This document shows positions 7,721-17,146 of a stretch of DNA of 64,000 bases, one piece after another. Origin of the DNA: an uncultured archaeon (GTDB taxonomy: Archaea > Thermoplasmatota > Poseidoniia > MGIII > CG-Epi1); the NCBI GenBank assembly GCA_964389465.1, contig CAYMDK010000003.1, forward strand, positions 4,148 through 68,147. Direction: 5' to 3'. Each line of letters starts with the position of its first letter. The first letter of the stretch is position 1. A program made the translations under genes and the position numbers. The notes under the pieces were generated by a model. The model made no database searches. It had not been told where the DNA came from and saw only the letters and a program-made list of their open reading frames with translations.

Positions 7721-7729
7721 TTTTAATAG
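7721..7729 (+). promoter_or_regulatory. TATA box candidate for rps15
   Basis: ttttaatag lies 29-37 nt upstream of ATG 7758. Confidence 0.4.
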
Positions 7730-7757
7730 AGGGTTAACTGCCGCCCACCTTCCAGCC

Positions 7758-8210
7758 ATGGCACGAATCTATGCCCGACGGAAAGGCCGTTCCGGCTCGA
7801 GCGCGCTGCCCCGCAGCGAGCACCCCGCCTGGTCCCCGAAACCGAAGGAGGTTGAGGAGCTAGTGGGCAAGCTCTCCAAGGAGGGGCTCTCAACGGCCGA
7901 AATCGGCATCCGGCTGCGCGACTCGCACGGCATCCCGAGCGTCAAGCTGGCGACCGGCAAGGCGGTCGCGGCCGTGGTGCGCGACGCCGATATGGCACCG
8001 GACCTCCCCGAGGACCTGACGAACCTGATGCGCAAGGCGGTGCGACTGGGCGAGCATCTCGAGGCCAACCGCAAGGACGTCCACAACCGGCGGGCGCTTC
8101 AGCTCACCGAGTCAAAGATACTGCGGCTGATGCGCTATTACAAGCGCAACAGCGTGTTGCCGGATGACTGGAAATACACCCTCGCCAACGCCAAGCTGCT
8201 GGTCGGGTGA
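7758..8210 (+). CDS. rps15: 30S ribosomal protein S15 (uS15)
   Basis: MARIYARRKGRSGS...IRLRDSHGIPSV...LQLTESKILRLMRYYK is the typical archaeal S15/S13e sequence. The internal ATG of ORF 7572..8210 is in frame. Confidence 0.95.
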   Translation: MARIYARRKGRSGSSALPRSEHPAWSPKPKEVEELVGKLSKEGLSTAEIGIRLRDSHGIPSVKLATGKAVAAVVRDADMAPDLPEDLTNLMRKAVRLGEHLEANRKDVHNRRALQLTESKILRLMRYYKRNSVLPDDWKYTLANAKLLVG

Positions 8211-9550
8211 CCCCTTCCGGCGGAACCGTGCCGCCGCTGGTGAAAGCGGCGCAACCACTGGCTGCACGACTGCGCGAAATCGAGCAGCCGGTGCGCGTCA
8301 TCGGTCACTACGACTGCGACGGACTGACTTCGTCGGCTATCCTGGTGCAGGCGCTGCTGCGGCTCGGGAAGCGTTTCCACCTCACCAACGTCCTCTCGCT
8401 GGCGCCCGGAGTCATCGAGCAGCTGAACCGCGAGGTGCCCGAGCTGGTGCTCTTCACCGACCTTGGCTCAGGTTACATGGACTTGCTCGCTGGCCTCGAG
8501 ACCGAGGCGCTGGTGGTCGACCACCACCTGCCGCAGGGCGAGGTTCCCGGCAGCGTCCTCGAGCTGAACGCCCACAAGGCGGGGGTTGACGGCAACCGCG
8601 AGGCGTCTGCCGCGAGCGCTGCCTTCGCGCTGGCGCTGGCGCTTGACGAGGCGAACCGCGACCTTGCCCCCATCGCACTGGCGGGCGCCTGCGGCGACCG
8701 CCAGATGGCTGGAGGCTGGCAGGGCTGGAATCTCGAAATAGCCAATATGGCTAACGAAGATAATTATTTAAAAGAAAAACAGCAGCTTCCGCTCCACGGC
8801 GCAACGCTGGCCGAGGCGCTGGCGGGGTCGCTCGAGCCGTACCTTGTCGGCGTCTCCGGGCAGCCCGCCGCGGCCGAAAGCGCCCTGCGCGAAATCGGCC
8901 TTGACCCCGCCGCGCCGCCGGATGGCCTCACGGCCGAGGAGGCGGCGCGGCTGGCGGACTGGCTGGCGCTGAAGCTGCTTGAGCAGGGCGCCGGGAGCGA
9001 GCAGCGCGAGCAACTTTTTGCGCCGAGCTACCAGCTTCCCGGGTGGAACTGTACCGTCTCCGAGCTGGCGTCACTGGTCGATGCCAGCGGCCGGCAGGAT
9101 GACACCTCGACCGGGATTGCGCTGCTGCTCGGCTCGGCGGAAGCGCGTGGCCGTGCGGGGGCGCATGAGCTGGCGCAGCGCGAGCAGCTGCTCGCACTGC
9201 TCGCCGCGGCGAAGTTCGAGCGCCGCAACGCCATCCAGCACTTCAGCACCAGCGAGCCGGCGCTGAAAGGCACGATTTGCGGGCTGGCGCTGGGCTACTT
9301 CCTCGACCGCTCGCTGCCTGCCATCGGCCTTTCGCCACGCGACGGCGAACTGATTGTCTCTTCGCGCGCGACGCCCGAGCTCATCGCGCGCGGGCTCAAT
9401 CTGGCCGAGGTGATGTCGCAGTCCGCCGGCAAGTGCGGCGGCATCGGCGGCGGCCACGCCATTGCGGCGGGCGCGACTGTCCCCCTCGACGCGGAAGAGC
9501 AATTCCTCGCTGCGGCCGACGAGCAGGTCGTCGCGCAGCTAGGGCTCTAA
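8207..9550 (+). CDS. RecJ-like DHH/DHHA1 phosphoesterase (archaeal Cdc45/GAN-type)
   Basis: Motifs GHYDCDGLTS, LVVDHH and GGGHAIAAG. GTG start overlaps the rps15 stop (GTGA). rps15-recJ-like adjacency is common in Euryarchaeota. Confidence 0.8.
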   Translation: MTPSGGTVPPLVKAAQPLAARLREIEQPVRVIGHYDCDGLTSSAILVQALLRLGKRFHLTNVLSLAPGVIEQLNREVPELVLFTDLGSGYMDLLAGLETEALVVDHHLPQGEVPGSVLELNAHKAGVDGNREASAASAAFALALALDEANRDLAPIALAGACGDRQMAGGWQGWNLEIANMANEDNYLKEKQQLPLHGATLAEALAGSLEPYLVGVSGQPAAAESALREIGLDPAAPPDGLTAEEAARLADWLALKLLEQGAGSEQREQLFAPSYQLPGWNCTVSELASLVDASGRQDDTSTGIALLLGSAEARGRAGAHELAQREQLLALLAAAKFERRNAIQHFSTSEPALKGTICGLALGYFLDRSLPAIGLSPRDGELIVSSRATPELIARGLNLAEVMSQSAGKCGGIGGGHAIAAGATVPLDAEEQFLAAADEQVVAQLGL

Positions 9551-9571
9551 TACCGCGGCAGCTGACCCCGC

Positions 9572-10312
9572 ATGGCGAACTGGCGGCTGCTGCTGGCGCA
9601 GGGAAAAACGCACCTTGTAAACCTCGATGCCGAGAAGCAGGAGCTGCCCGGGCTGGGCAGTTTCCGCTCGGCGGTGCTGTGCGATGCCCCCCTCGGCGAG
9701 GAGTTCGACCTGGTCGGCACCCCGGCGCGGCTGTTCGAGCCGACGCTGCCCGACCTCGAGGCGAACCTGTCGCGCGGCCCGCAGGTAATACTGCCGCGTG
9801 ACCTGGCGTGGATAATGTGGGCGCTTGCCCTTGAGCCGGGTAACATTGTGGTCGAGGCGGGTGGTGGCTCGGGCGGGCTGACGCTGGCGCTGGCGCGCGC
9901 GGTCGCCCCCGACGGACGAGTCGCGAGCTTCGAGCCGCGGCCGGCGCATCGGCAGGTGCTCGAGCGCAACCTGCAACGCACCCCGCACGCGGCACTGGTC
10001 GAGGTCATCCCGGAATCGCTGACGCCCGAAACTGAGCCCCGCGAATGCCACGCTGTTGCGCTCGACCTGCCGCAGCCGTGGGAGCTGGTTGGCTGGGCCG
10101 CCGCGTCGCTCGCCGCCGGCGGGCGGCTGGTGGCGTACCTGCCGACGACCCCGCAGGTGGCGCAGCTGCTGGCGGCGCTCGAGGGGTGGGGCGACCTGCA
10201 CGTCGTGGAAAACCTGCAACGCGAATGGGAGACGCGACCGCAGTCGCTGCGACCGCAACACCGTATGCTGGGACACACCGCTTTCATCGTCAGCGCGCGT
10301 CATTTCGGGTGA
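9572..10312 (+). CDS. trmI: tRNA (adenine-N1)-methyltransferase, TrmI/Gcd14 family
   Basis: Motifs RGPQVILPRDL, VVEAGGGSGGLT and RPQHRMLGHTAFIVSA. Confidence 0.8.
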   Translation: MANWRLLLAQGKTHLVNLDAEKQELPGLGSFRSAVLCDAPLGEEFDLVGTPARLFEPTLPDLEANLSRGPQVILPRDLAWIMWALALEPGNIVVEAGGGSGGLTLALARAVAPDGRVASFEPRPAHRQVLERNLQRTPHAALVEVIPESLTPETEPRECHAVALDLPQPWELVGWAAASLAAGGRLVAYLPTTPQVAQLLAALEGWGDLHVVENLQREWETRPQSLRPQHRMLGHTAFIVSARHFG

Positions 10313-10344
10313 AACCTTAACCCGCCGGCCCGACTGGCGCAGCG

Positions 10345-11262
10345 ATGGCCGAGAAGCTCATAATCATCGGGTCGGGGCCGGCCGGCTACACCGCCGGGCT
10401 CTACGCGTCGCGGGCGATGCTCGAGCCGCTGCTTTTCGCCGGTTACGCCAGTGGTGGGCAGCTGATGCTCACCAGTGATGTCGAGAATTACCCCGGCTAC
10501 CCCGAGGGCATACAGGGGCCGGAGATGATGATGCAGCTGCGCGCGCAGGCGGAGCGCTTCGGCAGCCGCATCCTCGACCGCAACGTCGATTCCGTCGACC
10601 TCTCACAGCGGCCGTTCGGGGTCACCAGCGGTGATGACTCCTGGGAAGCGGAGGCGCTCGTCATTGCGACCGGCGCCGAGGCAATCTGGCTCGGCGCTGA
10701 AAATGAAGAGGTGCACAAGGGGCGCGGGATTTCCACCTGCGCTACCTGCGACGGCGCCTTCTTCCGCGACAAGGAAGTCATGGTCGTTGGCGGTGGCGAT
10801 TCGGCGATGGAGGAAGCGACCTTTCTCACTCGTTTCTGCCCGAAGGTGACTGTCGTCCACCGGCGCGAGGGGTTGCGTGCGTCACAGATTATGGGGCAGC
10901 GCGCCCGTGACAATCCGCGCATTGCCTGGAAGCTCAACCGCACGGTCACCGGCTGGCTCGGTGACGAGGGCGACTTCAGCGGCGCGCGGCTGCGCTCGAC
11001 CGTCGATGGCAGCAAGGAGGATATCGCCTGCGACGGCGCGTTCATCGCCATCGGCCACAAGCCGATTACCAGTTTCCTCGGCGGGCAACTGGAGACCGAT
11101 GCCTCGGGTTACCTGCTCTGGAAGCAGCACACCATGACTTCCGTCGTCGGCGTTTTCGCGGCGGGTGACGTCGTTGACACGCGCTACCGGCAGGCGGTTA
11201 CCGCAGCCGGGATGGGCTGCATGGCGGCGATGGATGCCGAGAAGTGGCTCGAGGCGCAGTAG
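10345..11262 (+). CDS. trxB: Thioredoxin-disulfide reductase
   Basis: Contains IIIGSGPAGYTAG, the redox CATCDG motif and VVGGGDSAMEEA. Confidence 0.9.
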   Translation: MAEKLIIIGSGPAGYTAGLYASRAMLEPLLFAGYASGGQLMLTSDVENYPGYPEGIQGPEMMMQLRAQAERFGSRILDRNVDSVDLSQRPFGVTSGDDSWEAEALVIATGAEAIWLGAENEEVHKGRGISTCATCDGAFFRDKEVMVVGGGDSAMEEATFLTRFCPKVTVVHRREGLRASQIMGQRARDNPRIAWKLNRTVTGWLGDEGDFSGARLRSTVDGSKEDIACDGAFIAIGHKPITSFLGGQLETDASGYLLWKQHTMTSVVGVFAAGDVVDTRYRQAVTAAGMGCMAAMDAEKWLEAQ

Positions 11263-11291
11263 CGACTTTTATAGCGCTGTTCGGCACGCAC

Positions 11292-11300
11292 GCTTTTTAG
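11292..11300 (+). promoter_or_regulatory. TATA box candidate for the pilus-like locus
   Basis: ctttttag lies 23-31 nt upstream of GTG 11323. A second element, cttttatagcg, sits at about 11266-11276. Confidence 0.35.
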
Positions 11301-11322
11301 TCCCCCACCGCGTGGCGAATGC

Positions 11323-12315
11323 GTGAAGCGCCAGCTCCTGCCTCGCGACGAGGATGGTGTAAGCCAGGTCATTGGCACAATCCTGATTATGGTGATGATG
11401 GTCACCATTGTGGGTACTATGCTGGCATGGGGCATCCCGCAAATCCAGAACAATGAGGCGTGGGCGCAGTACGCGACAACGCGCTCCAACCTGCTCAACC
11501 TTGACGCTGATATGGACCAGGTGCTGCTACAGGGCGAGGGCGCTTCGCGCACCTCTACCGTCTCGCTTGGCTCCGGCAGTTTCACGCTGAAGGAGGCGCA
11601 GGAAGACCTGTTGCTCTGCTGGAGTACCGTTTCCTGGGCACAGCTTTCGGCGCGCAACGTGGAAGAGGGCGCCACAATCCTGCGTGTCGAGGACCTGACC
11701 GAGACTGCGGGCACGCTGACGGTCACCCTGACCTATCCCAACGGAACTATCTGGAGCGGTGAGACCGACGGCAACCGGCTGGGACCGATTCCGCCAGTGG
11801 TGGCTGGCTTGTCAGGGACCGCGGCCGCCGCGAATGGAACTGCCATCGGCGAGTTCCGCTACTACAAGCAGGATATCCTCTCCTACAAGTATCGCTCGAC
11901 CGCGGGGCAGTTCCAGATGCGGTTGTTCAACGGCGCGGTGCTGGCGCATGAACCGGGCGGCGGATACTACTTCGAGGACCGCCCGCTGGTGCGTGGCAGT
12001 GGAAATGTGGATGCGCTGTCGCTCTACCTTGTTTCTTACAACAACAGCGGCTCGCAGATGCGCAGCATGACTGGCCCCTCCAATTTTGACTTCTCGCTGC
12101 GCAATCAGGGCGGCAGCGATTCCGGGAGCATTGCAGCTTACAGCCTGCGTATTGTCGTGAAAGGCGATGCGCAGTATGCTACCTACGGCTTCTTCCAGTC
12201 CCAGTGGGGATTCAGCCGTGACCAGCAGTATGACGAGGTATATCTGACGCAGGTGACCTCGCTGGACCTTCGCCTGATGGAGAGGACGGTGCATGTATCG
12301 TTTGGATTGCGCTGA
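11323..12315 (+). CDS. Large pilin-like protein with class III signal peptide
   Basis: N-terminal RDEDGVSQVIGTILIMVMMVTIVGTML matches the archaeal type IV pilin N-terminal (DUF1628-type) pattern. The 330-aa body resembles the large minor-pilin-like proteins of haloarchaeal pil loci. Confidence 0.6.
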   Translation: MKRQLLPRDEDGVSQVIGTILIMVMMVTIVGTMLAWGIPQIQNNEAWAQYATTRSNLLNLDADMDQVLLQGEGASRTSTVSLGSGSFTLKEAQEDLLLCWSTVSWAQLSARNVEEGATILRVEDLTETAGTLTVTLTYPNGTIWSGETDGNRLGPIPPVVAGLSGTAAAANGTAIGEFRYYKQDILSYKYRSTAGQFQMRLFNGAVLAHEPGGGYYFEDRPLVRGSGNVDALSLYLVSYNNSGSQMRSMTGPSNFDFSLRNQGGSDSGSIAAYSLRIVVKGDAQYATYGFFQSQWGFSRDQQYDEVYLTQVTSLDLRLMERTVHVSFGLR

Positions 12316-12748
12316 GTCAGGCGCGCAGGAAATAGGTTTCATTTACACCTCGTTGCTGGCAGTACTGCTGCTGTCATCGGTGACCATGGCGGTCGCCGAC
12401 GTGCTGAAGGGCAACCACACCTTCACGGCACAGGAAGAGGTGGAACAGGTGGGTGTGCGACTACAGCAACTGGTTGAGGAGCTACTCGCGATGGTCCGTG
12501 CCTATCCCGGAATTGACGCCACTCTGAGTATTCCCGCCGCCACCGAGGAGCACGGTGTGCTCTACACGGTAATCGGTACCGAGACCGGCCTTAAAGTGGT
12601 CAGCAAGGCTCCTGTGGGGGGCCGATACATAGCAGATTTCCCGCTTGTGCCAGCCACGGCCATAGAGGGAAAAGTGTACTCTAGCACTGCTTATATAGTC
12701 GTGCAGTATGACGCAACATCCCAAGTGGTCACCCTGACCGCGGGATAG
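12293..12748 (+). CDS. Pilin-like small protein
   Basis: N-terminal AESGAQEIGFIYTSLLAVLLLSSVTMAV is a charged residue, small residue and hydrophobic helix. Overlaps the upstream gene by 23 nt. Confidence 0.45.
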   Translation: MYRLDCAESGAQEIGFIYTSLLAVLLLSSVTMAVADVLKGNHTFTAQEEVEQVGVRLQQLVEELLAMVRAYPGIDATLSIPAATEEHGVLYTVIGTETGLKVVSKAPVGGRYIADFPLVPATAIEGKVYSSTAYIVVQYDATSQVVTLTAG

Positions 12749-12758
12749 GCGAGTAAGG

Positions 12759-15035
12759 ATGGGAGCTGCCGGTGACTCGATTGACACGGAATCCGACCCT
12801 CTCGGTATGCTATCGCCGACTGAGGAAACGGTTGACGAGAGTCAGCTTTCATGGCGTGAAAAGCGGCGCCTGCGCAAGGAACGCAAGCAGCAGGAGAAAG
12901 CCCGCAAGGCGGCCGAGAAGGCTGGCGTCATCCACGACCTTGTCATGGACGACATCGAGCTGGGCGAGGATTTTGAGGAACTCGACACCTACCCCGTAAG
13001 GCCACCATTCTCCTACGTCCGCATCCTGTTCGACAAGCGTGATTATTCTCGCTTCTATTATGTCGTCGAACCCAAGGCGTCCGAACAGGAGCAGCAGGAC
13101 CTGCAGACCATCCAGGATGTGCTCCAGCGGGCGCTGAATATCAGCCGCGAAACCATCGAAGAGGGGCAGGACGAGTTCCTGCATCAGGCGGTTGACGACA
13201 TCCTCGACGCGTACCGGCTTCCGAGCCGCAAGAGCAACCGCGAGAAAATCCACTACTACATCGAGCGTGACCTGGTGGGCTACGGCAAGATTGACACCAT
13301 GATGCACGACCCGAACATCGAGGACGTTTCCTGTGACGGCCCCAATGTAGAGATATTCGTCTACCACCGGCGTTTCGAATCGCTACGCACCAACGTCCTC
13401 TGGCCCGACGAGTTCGAACTGGAGCGATACATCATCCGCATGGCGCAGCGGTGCGGGAAGCACATATCGATTGCCGAGCCGTTGCTGGACGCGACACTGA
13501 TGGACGGTTCACGTATCGTCATGACGCTGGGCCGTGAGGTCTCTACCAAGGGTTCAACCTTCACCATCCGGCGCTTCCGTGACGAACCGTTCACGCCGGT
13601 TGACCTGCTCGAGTTCAAGACTTTCTCTTCCATGCAGATTGCGTTCTTCTGGCTCGCGATGCAGTACGGCATGTCAATGCTTTTTGTCGGTGGTACTGCC
13701 TCTGGCAAAACTACCTCGCTCAACGCCTGCTCGCTCTTCCTGCCGTGGCAGCACAAGATTGTGAGCATTGAGGAAACGCGCGAGCTGAACCTGCCGCACC
13801 CCAACTGGATTCCCGGCTGTACCCGCGAGGGTTTCGGCGGCGAGTCCGCCATGGCGGGCGTCAAGGCGCCGGGGGTGGTCGATATGTACGACCTGCTGCG
13901 GGCAGCGCTGCGTGAGCGGCCGGAATACATCATTGTAGGGGAAATCCGTGGTGCCGAGGCGTACGTGCTGTTCCAGGCCATGGCGACGGGGCACACCACC
14001 TATTCCACCTTCCACGCCGACTCGATCCAGAGCCTGGTCCACCGGCTGGAGAACAAGCCGATTGAGATTCCGCGCGTGCTGATTCCGGCGCTCGACGCGA
14101 TTTCGATCCAGATCCAGACCCGCGTTGGCGGCAAGCGCGTGCGGCGGGGCAAGAACATCGTCGAGATTATCGGCATCGACCCCCACTCGCACGAGCTGCT
14201 GACCAACGAGGCGTTCCGCTGGGACAACTCGACCGATGAGTTCGTCTTCACCGGCAAATCCTATGTACTTGAGAAAATCATGATGAAGGCTAACCTGAAC
14301 CGCGTCGAAATCATGGACGAAATCAAGCGGCGGCAACTGGTCATTGAGTGGTGTCTCAAGAAGAGCATCCGTGACTTCCGCGACTTCGCCCGCGTGGTGT
14401 CCGAGTACTACGTCCACCCCGAGGACGTGATGCGCCGGGTCTACGCTGACCTGCAGGTGGGCGGCCGCAAGCGCCGCCGTAAGGTGAAGGAGCGTGACCT
14501 CGACCTGAGCGGTGCTGACGCAGCCGATGAGGGTGTCGATATCGCCGAGTTTCCGGCCGGGGTGCAGCAGAAGTTCCAGAAGCGGTTCGCCAAGGAAGAG
14601 GCGGCTCGGGCCAAGGCCGATGCCCGGGTGGCTGCTACCGAGGACGAGGGCAAGCGTGCCAAGCTGGAAGCGAAGGAAGCGGCCCGCCGCGCCAAGTCGG
14701 ACGCCTATCTCGAACGTGATATGCTGAAGGCACAAGCACGCTACGCCCCGCTGCGACAGTTGGCGCCTACTGCGGCTCACCTCGGAATCGGCGATGTTTC
14801 CAGCCTTTCCGTGCGTGAAGCGGGTCGACTGCTGAAGTCGTGTAATCGTGAGATTTCCGCTCGCACCAAGGCCGAAGCGCGGCAGGTCAAGCTCGCTTCC
14901 AGCCCGGACAAGCAGGCGAGCGCAGCAGCCAAGGAAGAGGCCCGGCAAGCCAAGGCTACGACCAAGCTGCAGGCTGAACTGGCGAAGCGCGTCGAGCGCT
15001 CGGCCAATCCGCGCTGGTGGCACCGGTGGTTCTAA
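12759..15035 (+). CDS. Type II/IV secretion (FlaI/ArlI/PilB-family) ATPase with about 200-aa Lys/Ala/Glu-rich C-terminal extension
   Basis: Walker A GGTASGKTTSLNA, plus IIVGEIRGAEAYVLFQAMATGH and TFHADS. After about residue 560 the sequence becomes KRRRKVKERD...AKEEAARAKADARVAA...KEEARQAKATTKLQAELAKR. Confidence 0.9.
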   Translation: MGAAGDSIDTESDPLGMLSPTEETVDESQLSWREKRRLRKERKQQEKARKAAEKAGVIHDLVMDDIELGEDFEELDTYPVRPPFSYVRILFDKRDYSRFYYVVEPKASEQEQQDLQTIQDVLQRALNISRETIEEGQDEFLHQAVDDILDAYRLPSRKSNREKIHYYIERDLVGYGKIDTMMHDPNIEDVSCDGPNVEIFVYHRRFESLRTNVLWPDEFELERYIIRMAQRCGKHISIAEPLLDATLMDGSRIVMTLGREVSTKGSTFTIRRFRDEPFTPVDLLEFKTFSSMQIAFFWLAMQYGMSMLFVGGTASGKTTSLNACSLFLPWQHKIVSIEETRELNLPHPNWIPGCTREGFGGESAMAGVKAPGVVDMYDLLRAALRERPEYIIVGEIRGAEAYVLFQAMATGHTTYSTFHADSIQSLVHRLENKPIEIPRVLIPALDAISIQIQTRVGGKRVRRGKNIVEIIGIDPHSHELLTNEAFRWDNSTDEFVFTGKSYVLEKIMMKANLNRVEIMDEIKRRQLVIEWCLKKSIRDFRDFARVVSEYYVHPEDVMRRVYADLQVGGRKRRRKVKERDLDLSGADAADEGVDIAEFPAGVQQKFQKRFAKEEAARAKADARVAATEDEGKRAKLEAKEAARRAKSDAYLERDMLKAQARYAPLRQLAPTAAHLGIGDVSSLSVREAGRLLKSCNREISARTKAEARQVKLASSPDKQASAAAKEEARQAKATTKLQAELAKRVERSANPRWWHRWF

Positions 15036-15958
15036 GCGGATTACAGTCGCTCAGCCTGCTCCTCTTCGGCTGGCTGGGTCGCTTGCTGACCAAGGATTCC
15101 TTCAAGCTCAAGCAACAGCTCGTGAAGGCGCGCATTCCGCTGCTGCCCGAAGGCTACGTTGCCCACGCCGTAATGCAGGTTTTCGCTACTTTCATCGCTG
15201 GGCTGGTGCTGGTGTTTGCTTTCATCGCCGTTGGCGTTCCATTCCTGGCGCAGATGACTGGTCCGGACGGCGAACCGATTATTGTTTCGGAATTCATACA
15301 GGCTATCCTGGCACTGGTGCTGGTTATCGTACTACCGTTGCTGATAGCGATGGTGAACTGGCTCGAGCCCGGACTGAGAGTCAGCTCGCGCGCCAAGGAC
15401 ATGGACCGCAAGCTGCCCTTCGCCGCCAGCTACACGGCAGCGATGGCGGCGGCTAATGCAACGCCGGCGATGATTTTCAAGTCGCTCGCCCGCAGTGAGG
15501 ATATCTACGGCGAGATTTCGAAGGATGCGGCCTGGATTTACCACTCTGTTGAGTTCATGGGTCGTGACCTAGTGACGACGCTCAAGGAGAGCGTCGAACG
15601 GTCGCCCTCGGAACGGTTTGCCGAGTTCCTGCAGGGAATTGTCGGCACGCTTACCTCGGGCGGTAACCTGAAGCTCTACTTCCTGAACCGGGCAGAATAC
15701 TACGCGCAGGCCAACCGGGTGCATGTCAAGAACGTCATCCAGCAGATGGCACTCTTTGCGGAAGCGTATGTGGTGATGGCAGTGGCACTTCCAATTTTCG
15801 CGATGATTATGGCCGTGATTACCTTCTGGGTTTCCGGGTCCGGGATGAAACTGGAGGAAGAGCACCTCTACATGATGGTCTTCCTGATGTTCCCGATGAT
15901 CCAGATTTTCTTCGCCTATATTTTCCTTGCACTGAGCAATGAGGTCGCAATTGATTAA
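15017..15958 (+). CDS. Type II secretion system F-domain membrane protein (FlaJ/TadC/PilC-like, first half)
   Basis: One T2SSF-like cytoplasmic domain (KLPFAASYTAAMAAANATPAMIFKSLA...FLQGIVGTLTSGGNL) flanked by TM helices. Overlaps the ATPase gene by 19 nt. Confidence 0.75.
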   Translation: MAPVVLSGLQSLSLLLFGWLGRLLTKDSFKLKQQLVKARIPLLPEGYVAHAVMQVFATFIAGLVLVFAFIAVGVPFLAQMTGPDGEPIIVSEFIQAILALVLVIVLPLLIAMVNWLEPGLRVSSRAKDMDRKLPFAASYTAAMAAANATPAMIFKSLARSEDIYGEISKDAAWIYHSVEFMGRDLVTTLKESVERSPSERFAEFLQGIVGTLTSGGNLKLYFLNRAEYYAQANRVHVKNVIQQMALFAEAYVVMAVALPIFAMIMAVITFWVSGSGMKLEEEHLYMMVFLMFPMIQIFFAYIFLALSNEVAID

Positions 15959-17145
15959 TGGCAGCTAATCTCGAGAAACGGGTCTACCGCGATGAGCGGA
16001 CCGGCAATAAGCGGCGCTGGATGACCTACCGCCTGGCGCAGAAGTGGCTCGAGGTGAAGGGAGGCAAGACTGACGTTACGGTCTATGTCGTTGTCTTCCT
16101 CTCACTGATGATGGGCGGTGCGTTCATCGCGCTGGGGCAGTTGAACCATCAGGCCGACCTGACAACGACCGTCACCGATTTCGACGGTGACTCGCAATTC
16201 GACAATCCGGAGGCCATGAACGATGGCCCCTTCACAATTACGCCCCACATGTATGGCCTTCCCTCGATTGCCAAGAACGAGAGTCGTGACGCTGACCCGC
16301 TGATTAACGGTATTGACGAAGATGTAGAAGCTATAACCTGGTATCGATACTATCCTGAAATTTCGACCATTGACTACTACGTTTTTGCGCTGATTGCGCT
16401 GATGCTGCCTTATGGCATCTGGGGCTGGCGTGAGGACAAGCTCCGGACGCGGGTCGAGGAGAAATTCCCCGACTTCCTGCGCGACCTTGCCGAGTACTGG
16501 AAGGGTGGTCTCAGTATGACCGTTGCTATCCAGACGCTGGCGCGGGGCGAATATGGCAACCTCAACGACGAAGTACACAAGATGTCAACCCAGATTTCGT
16601 GGGGTATTTCCTTCAGTGAAGTGCTGGGGATGTTTACTGAACGGGTCCGGTCGCCCATCGTGACGCGGGCGGTCCGCATGGTCGATGAGGCCAACCGCGC
16701 GGGAGGCCGCATTTCGGACATTCTTCTCGCTGCCTCGTATGATGCCAAGGAAATCAAGGCGCTCGAGACCGAGCGAGCACAGGAAGTTACCAGCTATATG
16801 ATGGTGGTATACGTTTCGTTTCTGGTCTACCTGATTATTATCCTCGTCCTGGCCAACACTTTCGTCCCGGCGATTGCCGATTCCGCCTCTGCCACCGGCT
16901 CAGAGGGTTCGATGTCCATTGGTAATCTGCAGGTGCGCAACCTGAACGAAGTCTGGATTTCGACTATATTCCTCTACAGCATAATTGTTCAGAGCATTGG
17001 CAACGGCATGGCGGCTGGTTTCATGTCCACTGGCAAGCTCTACTCGGCGTTCAACCGTTCCTCTATGTTGCTCTTCATCGGCTGGCTGGTCTTTGAAGTG
17101 ATGGGAATCGCCACATCAGTCATCAGCCCTGGTACCATCCTCTGA
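15958..17145 (+). CDS. Type II secretion system F-domain membrane protein (FlaJ/TadC/PilC-like, second half)
   Basis: T2SSF-like domain FPDFLRDLAEYWKGGLSMTVAIQTLA...RAVRMVDEANRAGGRISDIL with C-terminal TM helices. The ATG overlaps the preceding stop. Confidence 0.75.
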   Translation: MAANLEKRVYRDERTGNKRRWMTYRLAQKWLEVKGGKTDVTVYVVVFLSLMMGGAFIALGQLNHQADLTTTVTDFDGDSQFDNPEAMNDGPFTITPHMYGLPSIAKNESRDADPLINGIDEDVEAITWYRYYPEISTIDYYVFALIALMLPYGIWGWREDKLRTRVEEKFPDFLRDLAEYWKGGLSMTVAIQTLARGEYGNLNDEVHKMSTQISWGISFSEVLGMFTERVRSPIVTRAVRMVDEANRAGGRISDILLAASYDAKEIKALETERAQEVTSYMMVVYVSFLVYLIIILVLANTFVPAIADSASATGSEGSMSIGNLQVRNLNEVWISTIFLYSIIVQSIGNGMAAGFMSTGKLYSAFNRSSMLLFIGWLVFEVMGIATSVISPGTIL

Positions 17146-17146
17146 A

